DNA from: an uncultured Acidobacteriota bacterium | GTDB taxonomy: Bacteria > Acidobacteriota > Vicinamibacteria > Vicinamibacterales > 2-12-FULL-66-21 | Length of the DNA stretch: 64,000 nt | Assembly (NCBI GenBank): GCA_963710415.1 | Contig: CAVQAH010000021.1 | Location: 105,167-169,166, forward strand | Direction: 5' to 3' | Shown here: piece by piece, positions 33,765-44,394 of the stretch | Layout of the letters: every line of letters begins with the position of its first letter | How positions within the stretch are numbered: the stretch's first letter is position 1 | Made by a program: the position numbers and the translations under genes | Notes under the pieces: model-generated | Told to the model about the DNA's origin: nothing | The model's input: only the letters and a program-made list of their open reading frames with translations | Databases searched by the model: none

Positions 33765-34009
33765 TCCTCGTCCTCCCCTTTGCGCACGTAAAACACGAGC
33801 ACGCCGCCGTCATCACGCCACTCGAGCAGCTCGTTCCCGCTGTCTTCCGCCCATGCGGGAAAGTCGGCGATTGCGCCGCGATCGGTCGCGATGACTTTCA
33901 GGATCTGACCTGTCGCGAGCGACTTCATTTCTTTGCCCGCCTTGACGATGGGCATCGGGCACAGCAGTCCACGGGCATCGAGCGTTTTGTCTTCGGTGAT
34001 GGCGGCCAT
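33761..34009 (-). CDS. tusA: TusA-family sulfurtransferase
   Basis: LDARGLLCPMP (CPxP) and ATDRGAIADFPAW. Confidence 0.9.
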   Translation of the reverse strand: MAAITEDKTLDARGLLCPMPIVKAGKEMKSLATGQILKVIATDRGAIADFPAWAEDSGNELLEWRDDGGVLVFYVRKGEDEE

Positions 34010-34037
34010 GGTGATCTTTCGCTTGAGGCTGCAGCGG

Positions 34038-34592
34038 TCAGACGAACAAGGTGACGTGCGACTTGCGCGCGTCGGACAGAAACGCGGCGGCACCGCCAAA
34101 CTCGACGCCCTCGATGAAGTCTTCCTGCTTCAACCCGAACACGTCCATCGTCATCTGGCAGGCAATCAGCCTGACCTCCGACTCGCGGGCAACATCGATC
34201 AGCTCGCGGATACTGGCCACGCCCTTCTTGCTGAACATCGACTTCATCATGCCCGTCGCCATGCTCTTCATGCCCGGCAGCGCGGTGATGATGTCGGGCA
34301 TCGGTACGGGCATGGGCATCGCCGGATTGCCGACCGGCGACACCTTGAGCACCTGTTCGAAATCTTTCCGGATGATGTTGAGGCCGTAGAACGTGAAGAA
34401 GACCGCGACCGACATGCCGGCCGCGGCCGCCGCCGTCGAGAGGATCAGGGGTGGATAGGCCCAGTCGAGCGTCCCTTTGGAGGCGATGATGCAGGCGCGC
34501 TTTGCCGCCGGGTCTTTTTTGAAGGCACGCTCGACTTCCTCGCGCACGATCTGACGGACCTGCTCGATCGTGATCGCTTCATCTTTGAGCAT
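34038..34592 (-). CDS. DsrE2 (DsrE/DsrF/DrsH-like) sulfur relay protein
   Basis: Motifs KGTLDWAYPPLIL, FFTFYGL, LIACQMTMDVFG and GGAAAFL...TLFV; AGGAGG RBS. Confidence 0.88.
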   Translation of the reverse strand: MLKDEAITIEQVRQIVREEVERAFKKDPAAKRACIIASKGTLDWAYPPLILSTAAAAAGMSVAVFFTFYGLNIIRKDFEQVLKVSPVGNPAMPMPVPMPDIITALPGMKSMATGMMKSMFSKKGVASIRELIDVARESEVRLIACQMTMDVFGLKQEDFIEGVEFGGAAAFLSDARKSHVTLFV

Positions 34593-35031
34593 GGGGCCTC
34601 CTGAGCGCGCTCCGTGAGGGCTCAATGCCGATCGTATAGCGAGGGCCGGGAGGGATGTCCAGCGGGAATCTCCCGCGGCGCGACATACGCGCGTCCGCGG
34701 GAGGGCGCGGCGGCCGCTTAGAAGCGGACGCCAGCGCCGATTCGTACCTGGCCGCCGAATCCCTGCAATTGATTGCTCTGGGCGTGAGCAGTGCTTGTGA
34801 GCGCGATCCCGAACCCAGCCATCGCCGTCGTCACGATCCGTTGCATGGTCGGGCACTCCGAGATCGATGCGGGACAGTCTGTCGACTATCTACACATCGA
34901 CATCGCGTGCGTTGGCTGGAGGTTTCAGAGCAACTGAGGTGCCATTGATGATGGGCGATTTTTCCGGAAGTTTTCGAGCGTGCAGGTGGGCTGACCGACC
35001 TCTCCAGAGGACGTTCCAGACCTTCGTTTAA

Positions 35032-37821
35032 CTATGGCAGGCCCACAAGGATGAACCCGCTCCACAGCACGGGGTGCTCGCGAAGGATCATGGATCCTGA
35101 CGAGGTCGCCACGCTCAGCTGGCCAGCGCGCAGCTGCTTCAACACGTCGATCTGCGCGCGACGGAGCGCCCGTGCCTTGTCGTTCTGAATCCGCAGCGAT
35201 TGATACAGCTTGGGCATAAGGAGTGCCGACGGTTCGTCCGCCACATCCCAGAGAGTGGCGACGACCGAGGACGTACCGGCATACAGGAACGCCCGAGCGA
35301 GCCCCACAACGCCATCGCCGGACACTTCGCCGAGACCGGTTCGACAGGCTGACAACACGACGAGATCGGCATTGAGCTCGAGAGCGTAAATCTCGCTCGC
35401 GGTGAGCCGGCCGTCGTCTTCTGACGCGGGCGTCGAAGCCCGCGACCCGGCGCGAGCGCTCGGCGCGGATCCAGCATCTAGCGCCAGGAACGAACTGAGC
35501 GGATCGTCGGCGCGAATCACGCCGTGCGTCGCGAAGTGGATGACGCGGCGATCGCCGGCCAGGCGGCGAACTCGCGCCTCGGTTGCCTGCGCACCCGCGA
35601 GCGATATCACGCTCGCCGCAGGAACGAGCGCGGCCACTTGTGCAATCTCCCGCTTCGTCCCGGGCAGCCGGGGCAGAGGCTTGCCGTTGGGCAGCAGCGG
35701 CGGCATCTGCGGATCCGCAACGAGCAGGAAACGACGCTCACCGGAACCCAACGGCCGGATGTGCTGCCCTGCCAGCTGAAGCACGACACCCGCCGGCGCG
35801 TAATGGATCGCATGCCGCTCGACGAGATACTGGCCCGTGGGGTTCTGAAGTGCCGCAAACGAGAGGCGGAACAACGGACCGTGGGGAACGACGGTCAGCA
35901 GGCTGCCAGCCTCTGCCGGGAGCAACGGTCGGATTGGATCAATCAGGAGCCCGTGAAGCGTTCGTAACGCTATCCCGGCCTGGTTGCCGAGCGAGATCAA
36001 CCCCTCGCCGCGAATGCGCGGTACCCATGGGGCGTTCCCGGATTTCGGTGCGGTTCGCGTCGAGTCTGTTTCCCCAGCGGCGTGTGCGCCCGCGATGGCC
36101 CACGTTCGGTCCACGAGCTGCGCCAGCCGGCGCTCCGTCACCGGGATCCGCGTGCCAGTCACGTTGCCCGAAGGCGTGACGACCCAGACATACGTTTCCT
36201 CGGGTGCGACCCAGTAACTCACGATCGTCGATCGCAACTGTGCGGCGAGCCGGACCAGATCGCTCGACGACAGTGGTGACGCCGATGCCAGGCTTCGCAG
36301 ATCTCGCTCCAGTCGAAGCGTGCCTGCCGGCGACGCGACGTCACCGCCTCGTGTCGCGAGCGGATCTGCCTTCGGTTCTTTCAGCGATACCGACACTCGA
36401 CTGGCCAGCAGATCCGCGAAGGCGCGGGCGCGGCCCTGCTCCGCCGTGTCGAGCGCCTCGCGATCCCGGCCGAGGCGAGTCAACAGTCCGATCGCGAGTG
36501 TGAAAAGGTATTGATGCTGCTCGCCAAACCCTCGCTTCATCGCGTCGGTGGAAATGACGTCCGTGCGCACGCGTTCGATGAGCGCAATCGCTTCGCGGGC
36601 GTCCGTGACAGCTTCTTCGAAGTGACCCAGCTTCTCTTGGGCAAGAGCGCGAATCCCAAACGCTCGCTCCGTCCGATCAAGCGCTCCGAAAGCGCGCGCC
36701 TTTTCGAGGGCACTCGTCGCGAATTGGACTGCCTCCGCATACCGTCCTAGTTCAAGGTAGCCTTCCGCCAGAATCCGATGGCTGTCGTAGTCCCGGGGAT
36801 CCTGTTGCACGAGGTCTTCCAGCAGGGCGATCCCACGAACTGGGTCAGTCTCGATGAGAAGCCCCGCGAGTGACCGGGCGAGGACGGCCGTTACTAACGG
36901 CGAGTCGGTCTGCCTTGCTCGTTCAAGCCCTCGTTCGAACCACGCGCGAGCCTCGCCAAGTTGCCCTAGGTACTGATACGCAACACCGATAGCGTTCATG
37001 CTTTGGATCGCTCCGAGGCGATCGCCGAACGTCTCTTGAAGCCGGAACGCCTGACTGTAGGCGTCGAGCGCCCGATCGTGATGACCGTGCGCGCGATGCA
37101 GGCGTCCAAGGCTCGTGAGCGCGCGGGCCAAACTCCCGCGTCCGGTTTCGCCCGCCGATTCCAACCGCTCGATGGCCAATTCGAGCTTCGCCATGGACTC
37201 CGCGAGACGGCCACCGCCGAACAGGGCATCGGACCAGGCGTGCAGGATGTCGCCCTGCAGCCAGACGGTGCCACCTTGCTGTGCGAGCGTGAACCCACGC
37301 TCGAGGATTCTGAGCCTCTCCTCCGAATCCGTCGTCACGAAGTACAGGTTGCGATGGAGGTTGGCCTGTTCGCCGATCTGACCGAGGACTTCGTGGACGC
37401 TGAGGGCTTTCAGATAGTTCTGCCGTGCGGCGTCCCAATTCCCCAGGAAGTACTCGACCGTGCCAAGGTCGTTGAGCGCAGCCGCGATTTCGGCCTGCGA
37501 TCCCGTACCCTCCAAGATCTTCAGCGATCGTTCGAGCGACTCCTTGGCCGCGGGATACTTCGTCTGGCGTGAAAACACGCCCGCGAGGCCGCGATATGCC
37601 GTCCCTTCCACGACCCGATTGCCTTCCGCGCGCGCCAGCTCGATCGTCCGCTCGTACTGTTGTCGGGCGGCGTCCAGGTTCTTCTGCTGCAGCAAGCGCA
37701 GGCCTTCCACGAGCGCCGCTGACGCTGGGGTCACGGCCGGCGCCGGCGACTGCGTCTGGCCGATCGCTGTCGCCAGGATCGTCAGTCGGACCGCCGTCAT
37801 CAGGATGGAGCTGGCCCGCAT
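35032..37821 (-). CDS. Exported TPR-repeat + CHAT (caspase-like) peptidase
   Basis: Signal-like N-terminus and many TPR-like helices; motifs VVPHGPLFRLSF, IHFATHG (His), LVVLSACRTG (Cys), VATLWDV and HPVLWSGF. Confidence 0.92.
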   Translation of the reverse strand: MRASSILMTAVRLTILATAIGQTQSPAPAVTPASAALVEGLRLLQQKNLDAARQQYERTIELARAEGNRVVEGTAYRGLAGVFSRQTKYPAAKESLERSLKILEGTGSQAEIAAALNDLGTVEYFLGNWDAARQNYLKALSVHEVLGQIGEQANLHRNLYFVTTDSEERLRILERGFTLAQQGGTVWLQGDILHAWSDALFGGGRLAESMAKLELAIERLESAGETGRGSLARALTSLGRLHRAHGHHDRALDAYSQAFRLQETFGDRLGAIQSMNAIGVAYQYLGQLGEARAWFERGLERARQTDSPLVTAVLARSLAGLLIETDPVRGIALLEDLVQQDPRDYDSHRILAEGYLELGRYAEAVQFATSALEKARAFGALDRTERAFGIRALAQEKLGHFEEAVTDAREAIALIERVRTDVISTDAMKRGFGEQHQYLFTLAIGLLTRLGRDREALDTAEQGRARAFADLLASRVSVSLKEPKADPLATRGGDVASPAGTLRLERDLRSLASASPLSSSDLVRLAAQLRSTIVSYWVAPEETYVWVVTPSGNVTGTRIPVTERRLAQLVDRTWAIAGAHAAGETDSTRTAPKSGNAPWVPRIRGEGLISLGNQAGIALRTLHGLLIDPIRPLLPAEAGSLLTVVPHGPLFRLSFAALQNPTGQYLVERHAIHYAPAGVVLQLAGQHIRPLGSGERRFLLVADPQMPPLLPNGKPLPRLPGTKREIAQVAALVPAASVISLAGAQATEARVRRLAGDRRVIHFATHGVIRADDPLSSFLALDAGSAPSARAGSRASTPASEDDGRLTASEIYALELNADLVVLSACRTGLGEVSGDGVVGLARAFLYAGTSSVVATLWDVADEPSALLMPKLYQSLRIQNDKARALRRAQIDVLKQLRAGQLSVATSSGSMILREHPVLWSGFILVGLP

Positions 37822-37824
37822 GAA

Positions 37825-38739
37825 TCACCTCGATCGTCGCGACAGCTCTTTCAATCCTGCGCATGCCTGGCTCGCGCGCGGACTGGCGCTCTGGCACAGC
37901 GGCTCCAGCGTGCGCGCGGCCAGATCGCTTTGACCCGTGCGGTGGTAGGCATACGCGAGATACCAGGCAACATCTCCCGCAAGATCCGGCTCACCCTTCG
38001 CCAGCCGCGCCGCGCGGTCGAGCGTGACGACGGCCTCGGCGTCGCGATTCAGGAACAGCTCGCTGACGCCAAGATGGAAAGAGCCTGTGGCGCTCTTCGG
38101 GTAACGCTCGACGAATCGCCGAAGCCTTCGCGCGGCCTCTGCAAAATCGTCCACCCAATACGGCTCCAGCGCGGCTGCGAAGGCTTCCTTTTCGGCGCCG
38201 GCAGGACTCCCCCGCCACAGCAGGTCGGTCGCGCCCTGGATCCGAGTCGGCGCCTTGTCGAGGACGAAGACCGATGGGTCGTTTGGCAGGTTGATGTCGT
38301 GAGACGCGCGAGCAGCGGTCTGGGCGGGCGGAACACTCCTCGATTGCCACAACAGAGAGAATCCAAGCGCCACAGCAATGAGCGCCGCAGCAGCCGCCAT
38401 CCCCGGCCACCATCGACGCCAGCGTAAGTGGCCGCCGTCGGTGACAATCCCGGAGCGAACGCGAGACATGATCCGCGTGCGCTCCTCCGGCGTCAACTCC
38501 CCGATTGACGGATCGTCGAGCGCCCCCGCCAGCGCCTGGCAGACAACGCACCGTCCGAGGTGGCCGGCGACCTGCTCCTGCAGTGGCGAGCCGAGCACAC
38601 CAGCCGCCGACGCCTGAAGGAGGTCTGGTGGTGGGCATGTCAGAGGGCGACGTTCGGAGGCATCGCGCCCGAACAGGGCCGCTGCCGCCGAGTCCTCGGG
38701 CTCGGCATCGCTCCACATCGCGTGTGGGTCTTTCGTCAT
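37825..38739 (-). CDS. Zinc-finger (HxxxCxxC) transmembrane anti-sigma factor with C-terminal TPR-like domain
   Basis: CPPPDLL...HLGRCVVC, TM segment WWPGMAAAAALIAVALGFSLLW, then TPR-like FHLGVSEL and WYLAYAY; ATGA overlap with the sigma gene. Confidence 0.8.
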   Translation of the reverse strand: MTKDPHAMWSDAEPEDSAAAALFGRDASERRPLTCPPPDLLQASAAGVLGSPLQEQVAGHLGRCVVCQALAGALDDPSIGELTPEERTRIMSRVRSGIVTDGGHLRWRRWWPGMAAAAALIAVALGFSLLWQSRSVPPAQTAARASHDINLPNDPSVFVLDKAPTRIQGATDLLWRGSPAGAEKEAFAAALEPYWVDDFAEAARRLRRFVERYPKSATGSFHLGVSELFLNRDAEAVVTLDRAARLAKGEPDLAGDVAWYLAYAYHRTGQSDLAARTLEPLCQSASPRASQACAGLKELSRRSR

Positions 38740-39197
38740 CGGGGCGTCTCCAGCTCCCGCCGCAAGATGGTGAGCGAATACTGCAGATGTCCCTTCACCT
38801 GGTTCTCGCTGAGACCGAGCCGCAGCGCAATCTCCGCCCGCTCCATCCCGTGCACGTAGCGCAGGATCAAACAGGCGCGATGAATGGGTTTGAGTGCTCT
38901 GGTGTCGCGCAGCCACGACTCTACCGAGGGCTCCAAGGTCCCCTCCGGTTCTGACAGCGATTCCAGGTACTTCTGTTCGAGCTGCGCATGCCGCCAGTGG
39001 TCCGTCGCCCTGTTCTTCACCACGGTAAACAACCATCCCGGCAACTGGCTGACATCGATGGTCGCCAGGTGTCGATGCAGTGCGAGAAACGCTTCACTCG
39101 TGATGTCTTCGGCGATGTCACGCCGGCCGACACACTTCAGCGCGTAGCGGAAGACGGCCGCGGCATGTTTCGCGTAGATCTCGTCGAACGCGCTCAT
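38736..39197 (-). CDS. ECF RNA polymerase sigma factor
   Basis: Region 2 AEDITSEAF...GWLFTVVKNRATDHWR; region 4 LILRYVHGMERAEIALRLGLSENQVKGHL. Confidence 0.9.
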   Translation of the reverse strand: MSAFDEIYAKHAAAVFRYALKCVGRRDIAEDITSEAFLALHRHLATIDVSQLPGWLFTVVKNRATDHWRHAQLEQKYLESLSEPEGTLEPSVESWLRDTRALKPIHRACLILRYVHGMERAEIALRLGLSENQVKGHLQYSLTILRRELETPR

Positions 39198-39389
39198 TGA
39201 GTAATACGAACAGGTCGGGCGAAACGGAATAAACGGGTGCGACGCTGAAAAACGTAATGACTTGTCGATCGACTCGACCGGGAAGGCGCCGAGAGTCTAC
39301 CACGTGGTTTGTTCCGCGCGCGGCACCTCGCGCGTAGTGCCAGTAGCGTAGGCGGGACTACATCCGCCGCACGCATCGCGAGGGATGTC

Positions 39390-41040
39390 ATGTACAAGGG
39401 CCTGCGTACCGCAGCCGGCGCGATTGCCGCCGGCGTCCTGACGTTCGTCATCTCGGCGTTTCAGCCATCGCCCCAGTCAGCCGCCTGCCTGGTCACGACT
39501 ATCAGCGGCGACGTGCAGGGCGTGATCGGCGCAGCCGCGTGCTCGTTCCTCGGCATTCCATTCGCCGCGCCACCGATCGGCAGCCTGCGCTGGAAACCGC
39601 CGCAGCCGGCACCGGCATGGGCGCCCGCCACGCTGAATGCCGTCACCGCCTCGCCCAGTTGTCCGTCGATCAATCCCCGGGCAGTACGACGACGGTAGGC
39701 AACGAGAACTGCCTCAGGCTGAACGTCTGGACGCCCAATCCTCCTCCAGCCTCCCCTGCCCCGGTAATCGTCTGGATCCATACGGGTTCCTTCCAGGCGG
39801 CGTCGGCAAACCTGGCGGACAGCAATGGCCGGAATCTGGCAGAACGGACCGGCGCCATCATCGTGGCCGCGAACTATCGACACGGTCCGTTCGGGTTCCT
39901 GGGCCACACCGCTCTGACCACCGAGGATCCCACTTATCCGTCATCCGGTAATTACGGACTCCTCGACCAACGATTGGCACTGGCGTGGGTGCGAGACCAC
40001 ATCGCCGCCTTCGGCGGGGACCCGAATAACGTCACGATCGCGGGGCAATCCGCCGGTGGCGCATAGCGTGAGCTTTCACCTCGTTTCACCAGGCAGCGCG
40101 GGTATTTCACGCGCGCGATCATGCAGAGCGGATACGCATCGAACCGGTTGGACACATTGGCCGACGCCGAAGCCTCGGTCACGATTTCGCTTCGTCAGTC
40201 GGTTGCACGGACCCCGCGCAGGTCCTGGCGTGCATGCGCGGGAAGACACCGGCCCAGGTTCTGCTCGCCTTTGCCAACGGCCAGCAGGAGTTCGCCCAAA
40301 CTCCGCGCGTCAGCTGGGGGCCTGTCGTCGACGGCCTCGATATTCCCGATCAGCCGCGCACGCTGTTCGAAAACGGGGCATTCACGCGCGTCCCTCTCAT
40401 CATCGGATCAACCCGGGACGAAGGATGGATTTACGTGGACAGAAGCTTTCCCGGCGGGTTGACCACGCAGCAGTACATGGATGCGGTGGAAGCGGAATTC
40501 GGCGCAACCGACGCGCCGGCGATTCTGGCTCGCTACCCGGTCGCGAACTTTCCCTCGCCGAAACACGCGCTGTCGCAGCTCGCGGGCGATGTCGAGGTCA
40601 TATGCGAGGCGCGCCGCGTCGCACGGCTCGTCGAGCGAACGGGCACGCCGGTCTACCTGTATTCGTTCGAACGCGAGGTTGGTGCCGTGGCCGGCGATCA
40701 GGTCATCCATGGACTCGACCGGAACTTCGTCTTCGGCAACAACTACGGGCCGCCCTCGAACTACCTGCTGAACGCGGATGACCTGTCGCTGTTCGACGCC
40801 ATCAGCGGTTACTTCACACGCTTTGCCGTGAGCGGAAATCCAAACACCAGTGATGAGAGCGCCGTCCACTGGCCGGCATTCAAACATCCGACGGGACGTG
40901 GGACGCGGGGCCGACAAGTACATCGTGCTCGATTGGCCGCTAGCGCGAGGGCAAGCGGCTGAACGAGAGCGCAGTGTGATTTCTGGGAGCCGTTCTTCCT
41001 GCGCTCGATTACCGCCGGACCCGTACCGGCCTGGCAGTGA
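39390..41040 (+). CDS. Type-B carboxylesterase (PnbA-like), exported; several frameshifts
   Basis: Motifs FLGIPFAAPPIGSLRWKPP, ENCLRLNVWTP, WIHTG, GNYGLLDQ and FGGDPNNVTIAGQSAG; ends ...PVPAWQ*. Confidence 0.85.
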
Positions 41041-41056
41041 GCGAATGGAGGATGCC

Positions 41057-41778
41057 ATGAAGTTCATCCTGGCCGTTCTCTGCACCATGTTCGCGCTGGC
41101 GTGCACGAATACCGAGCCGGCGCCGACGAGCCCCTCTCTCCCGAGCCCGCCGTTGCCGACCTCCACCCCCACCCCCACCGTCCGGGTCGTTCACAGTGTC
41201 CGGCGTCGTCCGCGCCGCTGGCGCGCCCGTCGAAGGCGCAAGAATCCTTGTGCTCGGAGAAGGACTGCCTCCCACAGTGACCGATGACAACGGGTTCTAT
41301 TCCATAGCCGGTGTGCCCGCAGCAGTTGACTCGATGTCCCCGTTACTGAGCGCATACAAGGCGGGTTTCTTCAGCGACGTTGCATTCGCGAACCCCTCTT
41401 ACGCGCCCATCGGTCGGGATACGCAGCTCGATTTCAACCTGGGTCCCCGTGGCCTCGATCGCTGTCGGCGACGTCGTCCGTGGCCATTTCGAGGGCAGCG
41501 AGCCAGCCTGTTCGCATTGGGGCTACGGCTCGGGTGCATGTCAGCGTTTTGCGGTGACGGCACCGACAACGGGGACGCTCGAATTGACCCTGACGGCGCC
41601 GGTCTTCGACTTCGATATCGACGTCGTGGCGGCGGGAGAGTTCGCCCTCTACGATCCTTTCTGGGCACCAACCAGGCGGATTCCAGTCTCCGTCCTGGCA
41701 GGATCTACCTACGAGATACGCCTCGTCGCCAGCTGTTGCCGGATCCGCGAATTCGAACTGACCACGTCGATGCGGTGA
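41057..41778 (+). CDS. Lipoprotein with Pro-rich linker and carboxypeptidase-regulatory-like beta-sandwich; 2 frameshifts
   Basis: MKFILAVLCTMFALAC lipobox, PAPTSPSLPSPP linker, VSGVVRAAGAPVEGARI...TDDNGFYSI. Confidence 0.65.
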
Positions 41779-41864
41779 GGTGGTTTGACCCGGCCTTTCT
41801 CGAGTCGCTCAGCCCTTCAGCGCTGCGGGTGGTGTTGGCAGCCGGTGAACGGAAGACCCAGGAT

Positions 41865-42696
41865 CTAACGGCCGGTCGCTGACTTCCGGCCTTCCGCGAC
41901 GACGAACTCGCCTGGGATCTCGAAGCCGTCGCCCCGCGCGTATGGGGCGATCGACTCGAGGTATGCCAGATGCGCTTCGCCGCGCATGTCGTCGTCGAAC
42001 CGCGAGTACGCCAGCGCGACCGGTCCGCCAGCGAACGCCGCGCCGCAGGCGTCTTCGGCGGTTGCATACGTCAGCAGCGTGTTGAAGCGCTCGGCGGACA
42101 CCGACACGAAGCCCGCCTGGGTCATGGTCATGGCCAGACGCTCGCCCGTACCCAGCTGGAAGAACATCGGGCAGACGTCTGATGCGACGCGCGATTCGAC
42201 GATGGGAAAAATCTCTGCCCAGCCGCAGCGGTTGCGCGCGCCCCATACGACGGACACCATGCGCCCGTCGGGCTTCAGGACGCGGAGCGTTTCGCGCATG
42301 GCTTTCAGGGGATCGGGCACGTACATCAGACCGAGGCCGCACAACACCACTTCGAACATGGCGTCGGGAAACTGCAGCGATTCGGCGTCCATGCGCGCGG
42401 TCGTGATGTGGCCGACGGAGCGACGGGCCGCTTCGCCTGCCACGTGCGCAACCATCGCCTCGGAGATGTCGGTCGCGACGACCGAGCCGGCCGGCGCCGA
42501 CAGCCTCCGCGGCGGGAAACGTAATGAGACCGGTGCCGCAGGCGATGTCGAGCACATGCTCACCAGACTTCAGTGACGCTCGAGCGAGCAGCCGCTCGCG
42601 GGACGGCGCCAGCTGTTCCTGCCAGTACCGTTCGTAATACGGCGCCGCCTTGTCCCAGCCATATCGCTGGATCCGCCGCTGAAGCTTCGCGTCCAT
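41865..42696 (-). CDS. Class I SAM-dependent methyltransferase (UbiE-like fold); frameshift near 42495
   Basis: MDAKLQRRIQRYGWD, VLDIACGTG, ATDISEAM, MDAESL and RVLKPDG. Confidence 0.85.
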
Positions 42697-42710
42697 GCGC
42701 TCGCTGCCGC

Positions 42711-43230
42711 TCAGGACTGCGGGCTGGCAATGCGCACGAGCCGGCACACGTCATGCGCGCGGGCGAAGACGTCTCGGTAGGGGCTGTATCGATCCGCGGT
42801 GTCCAGAACGCGCAGGACGTCCATCTTCAGATGCCGGGCTCGTGACGGTGACGGTGTAGCGGACCTGCGTGTAACCCGGAGGAACTTCGGGTGATATCCC
42901 CAGCTCGCCCCGGCTGTCGTAGTCGGCTTCGACCTCGACCTCGAGCGACTCGATCGGCACACCGAGGCGGAGCGCATACATCGCGTAACCGAGGGCCAGG
43001 CAGGAGCCGAGCGCGCCGCGGCCGAGCACGCCGGGGCTGGGGCCTGCGTTGGTGCCGCCGGACTTCTCGCCCATCGCCACAGTGAGGCGCCACGGGCCCT
43101 CGACCACCTCGCACTCGAGACCGGGCTTCAGCGTGACAGTCGTCCGGCCCGTGTGCTGGCCAATTGCCGGGCGAAGCGTGACGGCCTTGACGTTTCGCTC
43201 GATGATCGTGCGAATCTCGTCGTTATCCAT
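42711..43230 (-). CDS. OsmC-like protein; frameshift near 42830
   Basis: GGTNAGPSPG, ALGSCLA, EVEVEADYDSRG and ADRYSPY. Confidence 0.8.
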
Positions 43231-43252
43231 GGACTCATTGTAGTCCGCGATC

Positions 43253-43374
43253 CACGTGCGGACGTGCGGACGTGCGACTTGTACGTGCCGTGCCGACGTG
43301 CTGACGACGTCGTGACGACGGCGACGTGCACGTCGCACGTGCACGCGACAAGCAGCCGTGAGCCCGTGCACGTC
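43253..43374. repeat. Degenerate ACGTGC-core short repeat tract
   Basis: ACGTGCG x3 at 8-bp spacing from 43254, further ACGTGC and GCACGT copies in both orientations up to 43374. Confidence 0.7.
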
Positions 43375-43391
43375 GGCGTTCGAGCCCCGGA

Positions 43392-44394
43392 TTATCTGCA
43401 GACGGTTGGGGCCGACCAGCGGCTCGGGCCACCTTCGACCACCGAGAGCACGGCGCTGGACGGATCGACGTCTGGCGTGCGGTTGCCGGGCGCGCGTTGG
43501 AACGCGATGATCGCGCCGGCACGATCGAAGTCGGTGGGCTCCGGCCCAATCGCCGGATTCATGATGGACGTGCGGGTCTTGACGTGCTGATAGCCGAGGG
43601 CGTGCCCCAGCTCGTGAATGCGCAGCAGCCGCCGGCGGTTGTCGTTCCGATCGAAGTCGCGGTCGAGAAACATGGCGCCGCCGTTCACCGCGCCGTTCGG
43701 CTGATCGGCCCATTGCCCGTAGCCGATGGTGTTGACCATCGACACGATGCCGTTGTAGCGGCCGACGACGATCGACCCGATGCGCAGCGCGTTGACACGG
43801 GTGCCAGCGGCGGGACGCTCGACCTCGACCGACTCGAAGGACGTGTAGGTGCCCCCGGTCAGCATCCCCAGCCCCTCGGTCATGTGGGCGATCATGTCGC
43901 TGACTTCCTGGTCGGTCAGCTGCTCGGACTCCGCCTGATACTCATTGCCCGATCCGCTTCGATACGACATCACCGACGCCAGCACGACCAGCGAGGGTTT
44001 CGTCGTCCAGCGTTGCAGCCGGGAGTTCGTCGTGCGGAACATCTCGTCGAAGGCGGTCGAGGTCGAACGCGCTCGGTATCAGCGAGACGCGCGCGCGGTC
44101 ATCGGTCGGGGCGGCGATCGAGGTTTCGCGCTCGACGATACCGCTGCCGCGAATCGTGGTCTGGAAGGCCCCGGAGCGCCCGGCGTCCACGTCGAAGAAG
44201 CCCTGCGCATCGCTGGTCACTGCCGCGCCATTGCCAACCCGTACGGTCAGCCCCGGGTATCGCGCTGTCGGTCAGGGCACTGACCGTTTGTCCCTGCACC
44301 ATGCCCGGGTCCTGCCCGGATGGGCGATGAGGGGGATTTCGTGCAGGCAGCGAGCCCGACGAGCGTCACGAATGAGGAAGGCGGAGCTACGCAT
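43392..44394 (-). CDS. Lipoprotein with metzincin (matrixin-like) metallopeptidase domain; several frameshifts
   Basis: MRSSAFLI..VTLVGLAAC lipobox; IHELGHALGYQH (HExxHxxGxxH) followed by the Met-turn SIMNP. Confidence 0.75.

Noticed and set aside
34600..35030. CsoR/CstR-type operator or small gene upstream of dsrE2
   Set aside because: I found no clear operator palindrome and no convincing ORF, only weak scattered inverted matches.
35032..39197. CRISPR type III-E (Craspase) locus
   Set aside because: There are no cas genes or repeat-spacer array in the window; only the TPR-CHAT and sigma logic is shared.
39225..39260. ECF-type promoter (AAC...CGTAA) facing the esterase
   Set aside because: The AAC-to-CGT spacing of 18 nt is longer than usual and there is only one instance, so it cannot be supported.
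40040..40070. Premature stop TAG after GQSAG in the esterase (pseudogene or recoding)
   Set aside because: Removing one G restores GQSAGAHS, consistent with the window-wide indel errors.
43253..43374. CRISPR array or iteron origin
   Set aside because: The units are 6-8 bp, degenerate and in both orientations, with no regular unique spacers and no rep or cas gene.
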